DNA of 64,000 nucleotides from Gekko japonicus (taxonomy: Eukaryota), in NCBI RefSeq assembly GCF_001447785.1, contig NW_015160843.1, positions 1,203,409-1,267,408 of the forward strand, read 5' to 3'. The notes below the pieces were generated by a model. That model was not told the DNA's origin, did no database searches, and was given only the letters and a program-made list of their open reading frames with translations. The translations under genes and the position numbers were made by a program. Shown here in pieces: positions 1-12,989 of the stretch (positions are counted from its first letter, which is position 1; each line of letters begins with the position of its first letter).

Positions 1-442
1 AAATGGTAGACATCTAACAGAAGCAGAAGAGATTAGGAAGAGATGGCAAGAATACACAGAAGAACTGTACAAGAAGGACCTCAATGTCCTTGACAACCAT
101 GACGGTTTGATCACTTACCTCAAGCCAGACATCCTGGAGTGCGAAGTCAAATAGGTCTTAGAAAGCATTACTAACAACAAAGCTAGTGGAGGTGATGGTA
201 TCCCAGCTGAGCTATTCAAAGTCTTAAAAGATGATGCTGTTAAAGTGCTGAGCTCTGATAAGGCTTTACAAATAGTGGAGGAAAGAAGGAAAGCGAAAGG
301 CAAAGGTGAAAAGGAAAGATTTACCCAATTGAATGCAGATTTCCAGAGAACAGAAAGCATTACTAACAACAAAGCTAGTGGAGGTGATGGTATCCCAGCT
401 GAGCTATTCAAAGTCTTAAAAGATGATGCTGTTAAAGTGCTG
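1..442 (+). mobile_element. BovB (RTE clade) LINE fragment, 5' part, interrupted by a CR1
   Basis: Translates to BovB ORF peptides (WQEYTEELYKKD..., ITNNKASGGDGIPAELFKVLKDDAVKVL). The element resumes at about 3250 after the CR1. Confidence 0.9.
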
Positions 443-3249
443 AGCTCTGAGGAGCTGAGCTGTGAGAAGGCGCAGGAATAGAGCTGCTAGAGGGGTGAGT
501 GGTTTTTATTTGCTTTCAGCTGAAGTGATTTAGCTGAGGGTACTGTGTGGGGGGAATGCGTTTGGGAGTGTGTGGAGAGTTGTGAGTTGTTGCAGAGTCC
601 TAGCTGCTTGAGATAGGGTGAGAAAGGGTCCTTGTTTGACATAATTGAGTGCCTGGGTGAATTTGAATAGCTGCTGGCCACACTCTCTGCTGGGGGAGGC
701 TTCTGTTTAAGGCAGCACCTCACCAGAAGCATGAGCTGCTGGCCTGAGCTGAAGGGTGAGAGCTGAAGGGCTCTTGGCCTGTGGCTCTTAGCATACGGAC
801 TCTGTGAGAAGCCTAGGAAGAGCCAGAAAGCCAGGGCCCTAGTCTCCTTGGGTTCCCAGTAAGGTAAGTAAACTCCTTCAAGGAGAACCACATAAATACA
901 AAAGGTTTTAAAAGGGGGATTTTATATAATTATTATTTTAAAAGCAATTATGAAGCCAGAATGCCAGCAGGGGGTTGCGTGCTATCCAGTATTTTGCACG
1001 GAGTGTCACATGTATGACTATCTGCCCACTGGACAGAAGTCTTGGGTGTGTGCCCAGTGCAAGGAGCTCCTGGTTCTCAGGGAATGAGTTTGTTTTCTTG
1101 AGGCCAAGGTGGCTGACCTGGAGAAGTAGAGACAGTCAGTGTCATAATAGGTGATTTTAACTACCCACACATTGATTGGGTCAATATGTGTTCAAGTTGG
1201 GAAAAAGAGACTGAGTTTCTAGACACTCTCAATGACTGTGCTATGGAACAGATGGTCACAGAACCTACCAGGGGAGAGGTGACCCTGAATTAGGTCCTAA
1301 GTAATGCCCAAGACCTGGTGAGAGATGTAAAAGTGATTGCACCACTTAGGAACAGTGACCATAATGTTATTGAGTTTAACATTTGTATAAATAGGGAGTT
1401 GCCCAAAAAGACTGACACAACCACTTTTAACTTTAAAAGGGGTAACTTCTCTGATATGAGGGGACATGTGAGGAAGAAACTCAAAGGAAAAGTAGAAAGG
1501 GTCAAAAACATTGGGGAAGCTTGGAGACAATTTAAAACTACAATCCTAGAAGCTCAGAAAAAATATATACTGCAGGTTAGGAAAGGCACAAATAGGTATA
1601 GAAAAAAGCCTGCATAGTTAACAAAGTAATGGAAGCTGTAAAAGGTAAGAAGGATTCCTTTAAGCAATGGAAAGCTAGTCTCAGTGAGGTTGATAAAAGG
1701 GAACACAGGCTGTGGCAAATAAAATACAAGTCTGTGATCAGGCAGGCAAAAAGGGAATATGAGGAGCATATCACAAAAATCATAAAGACCAACAATAAAA
1801 CTTTCTTCAAATACATTAGAAGCAGAAAGCCAGCCAGGGAGACAGTGGGGACCTTGGATGACCAAGGAGTAAAAGGAGTACTGAAGGATGATAGGGAAAT
1901 AGCTGAGAAGCTGAATGCATATTTTTTNNNNNNNNNNNNNNNNNNNNNNNNNNNNNNNNNNNNNNNNNNNNNNNNNNNNNNNNNNNNNNNNNNNNNNNNN
2001 NNNNNNNNNNNNNNNNNNNNNNNNNNNNNNNNNNNNNNNNNNNNNNNNNNNNNNNNNNNNNNNNNNNNNNNNNAAAGGACAAGACCACTTGTGGATCAAT
2101 AACTGGCTAATTAATAGGAAACAGAGAGTGAGTATAAATGGGCAGTTTTCTCAGTGGATAGTGGTAAGCAGTGAGGTACCACAGGGACCAGTACTGGGTC
2201 TGATGCTTTTTAACTTATTAACGATTTGGAGTTAGGAGTAAGCAGTGAAGTGGCTAAGTCATTCAGAGTGGTGAGAACCAGGGAGGATTGTGAAGCACTC
2301 CAAAGGGATCTGGCGAGGATGGGCGAGTGGGCGTCAATGTGGCAAATGGGGTTCAATGTGGCCAAGTGCAAAGTGATGCACATTGGAGCCAAAAATCTTA
2401 AATATAAATACATGTTGATGGGGTCCAAACTGGCAGAGACTGACCAAAAGAGAGATCTTGGAGTCATAGTAGATAACACAATGAAAGTGTCAAGACAGCG
2501 TGCAACTGCAATAAAAAAGGCCAACGCTATGCTGGGGATTATTAGGAAGGGAATTGAAAACAAATCAGCCAGTATCATAATGCCACTGTATAAATCGATG
2601 GTGCAACCTCATTTGGAGTACTGTGTACAGTTCTGGTCACCACACCTCAAAAAGGATATTACAGCATTGGAAAAAGTGCAGAAAAGGGCAACTAGAATGA
2701 TAAAAAGGTTGGAACACTTTCCCTATGAAGAAAGGTTAAAACGCTTGGGGCTCTTTAGCTTGGAGAAACAACGGCTGAGGGGTGACATGATTGAGGTTTA
2801 TAAGATTATGCATGGGATAGAGCAGGTTGAGAAAGAAGTACTTTTCTCCCTTTCTCACAATAGAAGAACTCATGGACACTCAATGAAATTGCTGAGCAGT
2901 TGGATTAGAACAGATAAAAGGAAGTACTTCTTCACCGAAAGAGTGATTAACACATAGAATTCACTGCCATGGGAGGTGGTGGCAGCTACAAGCATGGACG
3001 GCTTCAAGAGGAAATCAGATAAACATATGGAGCAGATGTCAATTATTGGTGTAGCCACTAGGTATAGATAGGAACTCTTAGTCTGGGGTAAGTGATGGAC
3101 TGTATTCTTGGTGCTTGGGGGGGGGCAACAGTGGGAGGGCTTCTAGTATCTTGGCCCCACTGCTGGACCTCCTGATGGCACCTGGTGTTGGACTGCATGG
3201 GCCTTTGACCTGATCCAACATTGGCTTCTCTTATGTTCTTATGTTCTTA
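443..3249 (+). mobile_element. CR1 LINE, internally deleted and decayed
   Basis: 5'UTR, then an ORF1 N-terminal Cys motif from ATG 950 (CTECHMY...WVCAQCKELL), APE endonuclease (IIGDFNYPHIDW, SDHNVIEF), RT C-terminus ([12 protein letters not shown]) and a (TTCTTATG)n tail. TGCTG occurs at both junctions (438-442 and 3250-3254). Confidence 0.92.
1928..2073. other. assembly gap
   Basis: Run of N. Confidence 1.
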
Positions 3250-3962
3250 TGCTGCACTCAATATGCCAGCAACTTTGGAAAACACAACATTGGTCACAGG
3301 ATTGGAAAAGGTCAGTTTACATTTCAATATCAAAGAAGGGCAATACCAAGGAATGTTCAAACTATTTCACAATTGAACTAATTTCACACACTAGCAAAGT
3401 CTTGCTCAGGATCCTATAAGCTAGGCTTCAGCAGTACATATATAAAGAATTGCCAGAAGTACCAGCTGGGTTTCGAAGAGGTAGAGGAACTAGAGATCAA
3501 ATTGCCAACATTTGCTGGATTATGGAGAAAGCAAGAGTGTATCAGAAAAACATCTACTTCTGCTTCACTGACTACGCTAAAGCCTTTGATTGTGTGGATC
3601 ACAACATACTGTGGCAGGTTCTTAAAGAGATGGGAGGATCAGACCACCTCACATGCCTTCTGAGAAACTTGTATAAGGGTTAAGAAGTGACAGTTAGAAC
3701 CAGATATGGAACAACAGATTGGTTAAGCATAGGGAAAGGAGTACAAGGATGCACTCACTGGAGAAGACCGTGATGCTGGGAAAAACTGAAGGTAATAGAA
3801 GAGGGGGATGGCAAAGGATGAGATGGTTAGACAGTGTTATCAGTGTAACAAATATGAAATTAAGCAAACTCTGGAGCACGATGGAAAACAGGAGGGCCTG
3901 GCATGATGTGGTCCATAGGGTTGCAAAGAGGCGGACCCGACTGTGCGACTGAACAACAACAA
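3250..3962 (+). mobile_element. BovB LINE 3' part with an internal deletion
   Basis: LHSICQQ.WKT..W.QDWKRS and GFRRGRGTRDQIANI peptides. Jumps at about 3750 to the C-terminus (SLEKTVMLGK) and ends in a (CAA)n tail. Confidence 0.9.
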
Positions 3963-4174
3963 ATATATTTTTTAATGCAAAAAAAAAAAAGTTTCATCCA
4001 TTTTAGCAGAAATGACCTGGAAGGATTTTTTGAAGATGTGGCCAAAATTTTGAAGTCCTGTAATGTTAGTCAACCTCAAAATGTCTTCCAGTTTGAACAA
4101 CAGAATGGCCTGTATCTTACCATACCACAAGGCAAAGTTTAAAAGCCTTCCTCTAACCTAAGGAGCCATCTTCT

Positions 4175-4360
4175 AGATTCAGATTTCAGATTTATTAATA
4201 CGGTCAAAGACCAGCATAAATCATATACATGCATATACATAAAAGAATAAACATATAATTAAAATATAATTAAAATTTGATAAAAGATATCTCAAATTTA
4301 AATAAATATTATATTAAATTTAAGAACCACTGCTAACTTAAGTAGCTGGCAGAAGAACCA
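4175..4360 (-). mobile_element. putative non-LTR (RTEX-like) 3' end
   Basis: Minus strand reads TGCTGGTCTTTGACCGTATTAATAAA followed by a short (TCTGAA)-type tail. Family assignment is from memory only. Confidence 0.3.
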
Positions 4361-5339
4361 CTGGAACTGGAGATAAACGTTTACAGGCTGACAATGTCAG
4401 ACTTTACTGAATGATGCTAGGATAGAGACCAATATTTCCATATTTTGCTAGATGAGTGCTTCAAAGATAAGGCAGTTAGGATACATTCCTAGAAGACATA
4501 GAGTCATTTTGACAATTGATTGGAGGCTACATGACTCACAAATAGGTCAATTTTACCTCATCCTGAGCCTGTCTATCACTCAGACCCTCTTCTCAAAATG
4601 TATGGATTGTATGATGGGTGTCTGGTAGATGGGTCATTCTTCTTTGCAGCAGAAGGTTGGATTAAGCACCCTTTTGGTTAATCTCCCAAGGGTTTATAGG
4701 ATCACTTTAATTAGTTTAGGAAAAAATAGTCTAGGTTCTGGTCTCTGACTTCTTTGTGCAAGTATAAGAGAAGGACATTTCAAGAAGTTTCCTCTCCTGC
4801 AAGCCCAGCACATTACATTTTGTGATTAATTTTGCATATCAGTCATTATAAGGCGGGGATAATGTGACTCAAACTGACCAAGAACCAGATGCTCAGATTC
4901 CTGTAGTGGCAGCTGCAATACCAAATCAAGCTCCTTATCTGTGCATACAAATGAGCTGCATGTGAGGGTTCTAACAGGGTGACTTCAAAACTCCTTGCTG
5001 GGGTTTTTAACAATATGGCATCTCCAAGTTAATACCTGCATCTTCTCATTATCCATCTGTTCAGAACACAAATAGATTTTGGTCTGATCTGCACAGATCT
5101 CTAGGATGGAATCCTTCCTATATAAGTGAGAGGGAGGATATTAATGGCTGGTGGAAAGGCCTTGATGGAGCTGCTCCATGCTCCTCAAACTCCCTCCAAG
5201 TATACTATGGTTGCTGGGATCAGACAGAACAGTATGTCAGTAAGCCTTATTAATGTCTGGAAATCACGGGGATTAAATTAAGATCCTGTCATGGAAATAC
5301 AACTTTTCCTTGTGTCCAAAGAGTGGTTGACAACAGACC

Positions 5340-5500
5340 TAAAGAAAAGGTTCTCTCTCTTTAATAGAGGCTTAATGTGTGGAAATGGACAGTTAGAGTT
5401 TTTCAGGACATGGAGATAAATGACATTACTGTAAATAACATCCCATTAAGCCTCCATTAAGGGGACAGTACATTTTTTGTGCAAGCAGTTGGCAATCCTA
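5340..5500. mobile_element. hAT-like MITE end (GGCAACCCTA family)
   Basis: Ends in GTTGGCAATCCTA, the terminus shared with the other AGGGTTGCC...GGCAACCCT elements in the window. Confidence 0.45.
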
Positions 5501-5692
5501 CTCAAAAGTTGGTATGGGAGATTCTTGAGGTCTCATTCCAACTTCATGGGGTTGCTTTTTAAAAATACAAATTTGTAGACCCAGATGACCACTGTGGAGA
5601 TTGGGGAACAGGGGTTTTGTGTGTGTGTGTGTGTGGGGGGGAAGCATGTTTAACTGTCTTCAAAGCTGCAATGGTCTTTTCTGGCTGATTTT

Positions 5693-5771
5693 GGCTGCGG
5701 TCACACAAACTAAATAATCCACTTTCAATCCACTTTCAGTGCACTTTCCAACTGGATTTTTACTGTGTGAA
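5693..5771. mobile_element. half of a Harbinger-like palindromic MITE
   Basis: Closely matches the left arm of the 14656-14804 and 52319-52438 copies (GGCTGCGGTCACAC...). Confidence 0.7.
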
Positions 5772-6737
5772 TTTTCCTGAAGCAGCTAGTCACAATTTAC
5801 ATTGTGAAAGAGGCATGGAAGGAAAGGGTTAAACACTATCTTCTCTCCTGGTATTTTTCTGTCAAGACTCAAGACTGGTTTGACCACCAGTTCATATAAA
5901 GTAGGAATAGCTGATAAGCCAGCGGTGCTTCTCAGCCAGCTTTCAGTGAGAATCAAGACAGTATTGCAGCCACAGGGAGCCCCAATTTTGGGACAACTGG
6001 TAACCATGTTTCTGTAGCACTATTAAAGTTTTCTTGGGGTACATTTACTTACAATTATTCTATTTAAAATATTGTTATCCTTCATTCAAAACTGTGATAC
6101 TCGAAGCAGCTTACAATCAATAATAAAAATCAATAAAAATGGGTAATTTTTAAAAATACATACTGTGTAAAACATCCGCCATAAATATACTTCAGCCAAG
6201 AAAGGAAAGCTGGGATAAATGAAACAGAATGACCATAAAATAACAGCAGTGACCACAGAGATAAAAAGTAATTTATCTCATGCTGAATCCAGGGCTAAGT
6301 TATAGCCTATTCTGTCTACTGTTTAAGTGTTCCTGTCCTTTTAGGTAAATTGTGCTAGCTGTGCTGGGAGTAGTCTGAAGGTGAATCAGATGAGAATATG
6401 TTGATATGGAAAGGAAGACTATGGATGGAAGAGGGAAGGGTGGAAACAATGCCATTAGACAGAGAACCAGATGGGGTGACCAGCCTTAGGTTATTTGAAG
6501 CTCTAATTTATGAGACTTCATCATATGTAGCCAATACAATTCCAAGCAGGGCTCTCATCCAGCTGGAGCCCTCCGACACGGCACTCCGGAAGAGACCCTG
6601 GGGGGGCGGGGCAGTCACATGGTGAAGCCCCCGCCCTTTCTTCACTCCACCCTCTGCTTAGATCCACATTCTGTTGGAGAACGAGGACGAAGCAGGAGGG
6701 TAAGTAGACTTCCCCACCCCCTCTGCCTAGCGAAGGC

Positions 6738-7040
6738 CTCCCACCTCCCCCACCCCCACCGAGGCTTTCTCCCAGCCATGTGGAGCAGCTGGGAGGAGGC
6801 CCCCCCTCCCCCACCCCGTCAATGCTTCTCCCGGCCGTGTGGAGCGGACGGGAGGAGGCCCCACCTCCCCCACACTGTCGATGCTTATCCCGGCCACGAG
6901 GAGCGGACGGGAGGAGGCCCCATCTCCCCCACCCCGTCGATGCTTCTCCCGGCCACGTGGAGCGGACGGGAGGAGGCCCCACCTCCCCCACCCCGTCAAT
7001 TCTTCTCCCGGCCGCGTGGAGTGGCCAGGAGGAAGCCCTC
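6738..7040. repeat. GC-rich 59-bp minisatellite (about 5 copies, running into the gap)
   Basis: A G(T/A)GGAG anchor recurs at 6780, 6839, 6898, 6957 and 7016 (period 59). Confidence 0.9.
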
Positions 7041-7272
7041 NNNNNNNNNNNNNNNNNNNNNNNNNNNNNNNNNNNNNNNNNNNNNNNNNNNNNNNNNNNN
7101 NNNNNNNNNNNNNNNNNNNNNNNNNNNNNNNNNNNNNNNNNNNNNNNNNNNNNNNNNNNNNNNNNNNNNNNNNNNNNNNNNNNNNNNNNNNNNNNNNNNN
7201 NNNNNNNNNNNNNNNNNNNNNNNNNNNNNNNNNNNNNNNNNNNNNNNNNNNNNNNNNNNNNNNNNNNNNNNN
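7041..7272. other. assembly gap, followed by CT-rich low-complexity sequence to about 7385
   Basis: Run of N. Confidence 1.
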
Positions 7273-7387
7273 CTTTCCCTCCCTTCTTTCCTTCTCTCCT
7301 TCTTTCTCTCCTTCCTGCCTTCTCATTATTTCCTTTTCATTCTTTCTTTTCTTTCTCTCTCCTTTCTTCTTTCTTTTTCTTTCTTCA

Positions 7388-7903
7388 CAGATCTGCATGT
7401 CCCCCCCTCCCAATAGGTAGCAATCTGAAACAGTCCAATGGTACCTTTAAGGCCAAGGTTTATTCAGTACAAGCTCACCCTCTGTGAGGTCAGATCTGCA
7501 TGTGTGTGTCCCCCCCAGCTAGCAATCCAAAACAGTCCAGTGGCACCTTTGAGAACAATTTTATTCAAGTACAAGCTCTCCCTCCTCTGATGCTCTGCAT
7601 TCTTGGTGCTTGGGGGGCAAGAGTGGGAGGGCACCTGGGTTTTGTCCAGTGTTTCCTCTAAGTGCAAGCTAGCTAACAGTTTTTTAGCCTCCAGCTCATA
7701 CATTTTTGTCTTAATTCAGGAAATTTTGGGCTGATGTGTGACACAGTGTATTTATCTTTTGTATGTGGTGTGTATTCTGACACACTTCCGGTGATGTCAG
7801 GGGGTGTGGCCTTATGACACCCGGTGATGTCAGGGGGTGTGGCATATGCTAATGAGTTATGCTAATGGGCTCCGGCAGCTCTTTTTCTACAAAAAGACCC
7901 CTG
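7388..7903 (-). mobile_element. hAT-like non-autonomous element (CAGGGGTC TIR family)
   Basis: Ends ...TTTTTCTACAAAAAGACCCCTG. Shares internal blocks (CAGATCTGCA, ATGCTAATGAG) with 18606-18992 and 20151-20358. Confidence 0.7.
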
Positions 7904-9796
7904 ATTCTAAGTATTTCTCTATAATGATGAGGATTAGAAACTTGTTTTAAAGAGGAAAATATAAACCTAAATGGTGAAGGATTTTATGCCAAATGCCCTT
8001 TTCCTTTCTTTTCCAATGAGATTTTAAGCAGGTATACACTCACATCACTGTCAAAATTCTCTTAGTTTAATGAAGCATGAGCCCATGAAATACCTCCCAC
8101 CAAATACAGGAAGTAATGCTGCATCGGATGTATACCCATACATATAATACACGTGATAAGATCTCAAAAATTAATGTGTATTCCCACCTTGCATATAGAA
8201 CTTCCACTTTTATGAATATGTAAGCCATCAAAGGGGCTAACTTGTGGAGAAAAGAGGAACAGGATACTGGGAGGGGAGGTCTGCCCAGGTATTTCCTGTG
8301 GTGAACGTGGCCTTAATTGGTACAGCACAGTCCTGTGAAGGTGTACTGGAGAAAATCCAAGTGAGTTCAGTGACATTCTTCAAATAAGCGTGCATAGGAC
8401 TGCAGCCTGAGAATTGCCAGGAATCACTGAGCTTCATTTCAAAGCAGCTAATCCCCTGCTCACATGCAGAGGCACAAACTTTAAGCATGCCTAATCATCA
8501 CTCTCCTTCTCCAAGGGATCAGATTGTTTCAATGAACTGTGTGTTGCCTTTGGTGTCACTGTCTTTGTCATTCTTGCTTGGTCAATATAGGTTGTGCTGT
8601 TTTCTTGTCCCTGCTTACAAAAGTATGTGCTAATTTCTTCAAGGTTGGAATGCACTAAGTGCCCTGAGGTTCCTGCCTGATGTCCAGAAGCAGCTGTCTG
8701 ATTAATTATAAATTTAATAAATCCATGAGGCTGAAAAAGCAATTAGCCTTTTGGAGATGCTGATCTGAGTCTGTCGAGCATGGCCCTGTTATGTTAAGCA
8801 TTTTCCAGGCTGCTCTAAGGAAATTTAAATTACAGAATCAGACTAAGGCTGCAATCCTGTGCACCGTTTACTAGGAGTAAACCCCACTGAATAAAGTGAA
8901 AGTTAATTCTGAGTCAACATGCGGAGGTTAGTTATACAAAGAAATTTGCTTATGTGTATTCATTTTGTGTAATTTACTCCATTTCTAAGATTCCATTTTC
9001 AAAGTTTATAATTTTGGCAAGGAATATCCATAAAGAAAACAAAGAAACCTCACAAAATGGCATCCAAAACTGTTGGAAATATGTGTGTTGCAAAGTCTAA
9101 AAATTTAGTCATTATAGGGGTTAATGCATGCTTATCTTGTGTACTATTGTTTAGACTGACCTGGAAGGGAACCTGGCAGAAAGCCAATGGGAAGAAAGCC
9201 CGGGAAACTGAAGCCTATTTTCTAACAATCATTGGTTAATACATTCAGGTGATTTCCTTCTAGGGGTCAAGAAGAAGAAGAATCTCCATTGTTGTAGACC
9301 ATGTGGTCAAAGTGTAAAGATGTAGTTTTAGGTGTCTTTGTTGTTTTGTAGATTTGCTGTGAACCCTTCCCTTAGAAATAAAGATTTTTACATAGAAGAA
9401 AATGCCTCCTCTCCAGTGAAGCAAAGAGCCATTGCAATCTCTGAATATCTAACTATTTTGCCAATTTTTTCAAAAAAAAACATCAAGTGCAGAAGATGAT
9501 CATGAAGCTAAGTTTCCAGATTATTTCTAATGCTATCTGTTTATAGAATGGCATAAGTCACGGAGCCAAATGAAAAGAAGGTAAATGTGCATTTCAAAGT
9601 TCCAGAGCAACAACTGAGAAGACCCTGCTCCTAACAGAAGTCAAACTGGTCTGTATATATGTTGGAAGCTAAAGTAAAATCTCCTTGGTTCACTACAAAT
9701 TCTGGGGAAGTTTATATTGAAACAGCTACTTAACATGGTAATAAGGAGCAGGACCATTTCAGCTTTATAGGACAAGCTAGCCCCTTGAATTGTTCT

Positions 9797-9892
9797 GGGG
9801 TTGCCAACTACCAGGTAGGGTCTGGAGATGTCCTGGCATTACAACTGATCTGCAAACTACAGAGATCTGTCCCCCTGGAGAAAATGGCTGCA
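9797..9892. mobile_element. hAT-like MITE fragment (GGGTTGCCAA family)
   Basis: GGGGTTGCCAAC...CCCCTGGAGAAAATGGCTGC, related to about 41570-41792 and 46310-46455. Confidence 0.55.
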
Positions 9893-11212
9893 TCTAGTCC
9901 ATTCCACTTCACCAGCTTCCATAGTTGTTTGAAAACTCCTGCAGGCCAGCTGCTAGCTAGGACATGTTCCTGAGAGATTATTAAAGCTAGCAGGAACTAG
10001 AAGAGGTCCAAAGTGTCTCACTGTTTCTGATTCACTGGTTTCCCCAGGACAGCATTTAATTGCTTGTGAATGATCCTTGAGTCTCTGGTTTAAAAAAGAA
10101 ATCTTGCCTGATCACCGAGCTGTCTCTGATATTTATGGTTCTGTGAAGCCTGCTTTGGGATTTGTTTGCCTTTCACTTTCCATTAATGCTATCCTTCTCC
10201 TCTTCCTTCTTCATCCAGCCTTACCTGACCTTACCCTATGCTCAGGTCTCTGTAAAAGCTTTTTAAGTACATTTCCTTTAATAAATGGGAAGTTTCACTT
10301 GTTTGAAGGAAGATGAATTATTATGATTGACCAACTCAAACCACATGCCTGCTTGGGAACAAGAAGAGGATGCAGATTTCAGAGACCTGGGCTCACATCC
10401 CTCCTTTGACATAGACTCATTGTATGTACAAGCCAGTATATTCCAGTCTTAGTTTATGTGTGTGTAAAGTAAGAATGTGTACAAAGTAAGAATGCACAAA
10501 TCCAAAAGTGTGATATAAAGAGCATTTGTGATCCATTTTTTGTACTCGGTTGTTATTTTTATCTCACCACACACCCTTACCTCTTGCTCAAAAATAGCCC
10601 AGAACTTGTTCTGTTCCAGCATCAGAGCCAATCTGCTACGGAAACAGCTGGGCTTGACATTTAAGGGACAGAAGCTTCCTTTGCTATTTTTATTTCTTTT
10701 CATTAGATTTAATCCATGGATATACTCTCGTTGTTTCAGCTGCTGAAACGTCAGTGCAAGCATATTGATTTCTCATTACCAAGAATTGGATTCAGTGTTC
10801 CTGTCCTGTTTAATTAAAATTGCATGGAAATAGGGGAGAGGGAGGGGGAAGAGGGCAAAGACTCTGAAGGAAAGGATACTCTGTTCCCTGTGCAAGTTAT
10901 CAGCAAAACCTGCATTGATTTCTACTTCTTGACCAACAGTGGCCAAAGTGCTTTCCAACTGTTATGGATAATCTAGCAATACAGATTATCAGAGAAGGGG
11001 GTTGTAGGGATACAAGATTTAGATGACACATGGAATCCAGTATTTCTAGGAAACTCTTGGATATGGGAATTCTAGAAAAGTTTCTGCCATCATTTATCAA
11101 GTTTTGAAGATTAAGAGAATCTCCTCAGTTAAAAAGTGGATGACCAATGCCTGTTTGGGTCTCTTTCTATTCTACTTTCTCTGCCATCACTGCTGAACAA
11201 TGGGTGCTACTA

Positions 11213-11490
11213 CTAGTTTGATGTAGTGGTTAGGAGCGCAGATGCTAATCTGGGGAAACTGGGTTTTATTTCCCACTTCTCCACATGCAGCTGCTGGTGT
11301 GACCTTGGGTCAGTCGTAAGTTCTTTCAGAGCTGTTCTCTCAAGGGCAGTTCTTGAGAGAGTGCTCTCAGCCCTACCTCACAGGGTGTCTGTTGTGGGGA
11401 GGGGAAAGGAAAGGGTTTGTAAGCCACTTTGAGATGCCTTCAGGTTGTGAAGGGCAGGCTATAAATCCCATCTCTTCTCTCTTCTTTTCT
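11213..11490 (+). mobile_element. tRNA-derived SINE (Squam3-like)
   Basis: A-box-like TGTAGTGGTTAG, B-box-like GGGTTTTATTTCC, central TGACCTTGGG...CTACCTCACAGGGTG, and a (CTT)n tail. Confidence 0.7.
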
Positions 11491-12631
11491 AATATAAGGA
11501 AAGGTCCTGAAATGATGACAGATAAATCAAATGGCCTAAATACCAAGCATACATTTATGGCTTCCCAAATATATTTGTTATTCCTTGGGACTCATCAGTT
11601 GCGGGGGGGAAAGGGAAGTAAATGTTCTAGTGTAATGGTTAATTGCAAGATAATTGAGCTCCCAGTGTAAGGGAGCTGCAAAGACAGCATGCGTGATTTT
11701 TGAATCAAGTAGATGAGACTCAGGCCATGGGGTAATTGGAAAGAATTTTCTCCTAGGTGAGATTTGGTTTCCCCTACCCTCATAAAATTCCTAGCCTTAG
11801 CCAAATGGCTAGGCCCATAGCTATGGACTGAATTTTGTTGTATGGGTTGTCTTGGAGACACAAAACTGAATTGAACATCGCATTTATGCAGTGGTTTCAG
11901 CTCACCTTCTTATTAATAAGACAGGCTAAACAAAATAGAGACTTTCATAGCGGTGAACAAATTCCACAGCCTGGTCTATCATTAGTGCAAAAAGCAGAAA
12001 TCACCAGATGGAATCATCTGGACCACATTTTGTATGCTGTCAAATTAGGCAATCATCACAGTCCCTAACAAATCAATTAATCTTTTTTTACTGCTTTGTC
12101 AGATATTGCCGCTCCCATTGATGTTATTCTTCTTTGATCTCTTCTCAGCCTAGACGGAATGTACTCAAACACATCAGCCAAGAAGGACTAAACTTTTGGC
12201 CAAGTCAATGCTTCAGAGCACCCAGCTCCTGTCTCCCAGCCCAGGAGATTAATTACCTCAGCCTGCACTGCCTGTCACCTAAACTCTCCCAGGTGGCAAG
12301 ATCTGAATTACAAATGAAATATGTTTCCATCTCTTCTAGATTCCCCTTCTGTTTTCCTGCACCTGTTTCTAAAACAACAGCTTAAATAACCTCCCTCTGC
12401 TCTGCTGCATAAATCACCCTGATTATAGTTAAGTGACAGAGGCAAATGGTTCAGGTTTGAGGCAGATTCTGGACACTCAACAGCAACACAGAGTGCTCTG
12501 AAATCTCACAGGCCTTAGTCTGTCCACAGTGATACAACCGAAAACCCATAGAGTACACTCTGCTATTTCCTCCCCTTTCCATCCTTAGGTTGCCCTTCTT
12601 AATCTGCACCTTTTTGGCTCTGCATTGGCAT

Positions 12632-12989
12632 TGGGGTTGCCAGGTCCCCTCGTGATGCCGGCAGGGGGATTTGGGGGGGGCATTCTGGGGTGGGCAGTGA
12701 CATCATGTGATGTGCTGATGTCAACACATCAACAATGTCAGGGGCGACATTCTGCTTTTGGGGCATAACTCTATAGTAAAAACGGCCTCAAACCACAGAG
12801 TTTTGCCCAAAAAACAGAGCATTACCCCCCCCCCCAACATCACCAACACACTAATGGCACTTCCAGGTGATCTCAGCATGTTGTGCATGGTGCCAGGATA
12901 GGGGAAATTTCCTCCCACCAGCCAGCTGGCCAGCCATGGGCAGGAGTCTGCAAAAGCGGGGGATCCCCACCTGAGGAATGGTATCCCTA
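12632..12989. mobile_element. hAT-like MITE
   Basis: TIRs TGGGGTTGCC / GGTATCCCTA. Imperfect 8-bp TSD ATTGGCAT / ACTGGCCT. Confidence 0.65.

Noticed and set aside
4005-4142. Possible plus-strand exon (RNDLEGFFEDVAKILK...)
   Set aside because: An acceptor-like AG is present, but there is no good donor and no recognisable protein.
6521-7487. Long overlapping ORFs
   Set aside because: By-product of a stop-free GC-rich minisatellite plus the N gap.
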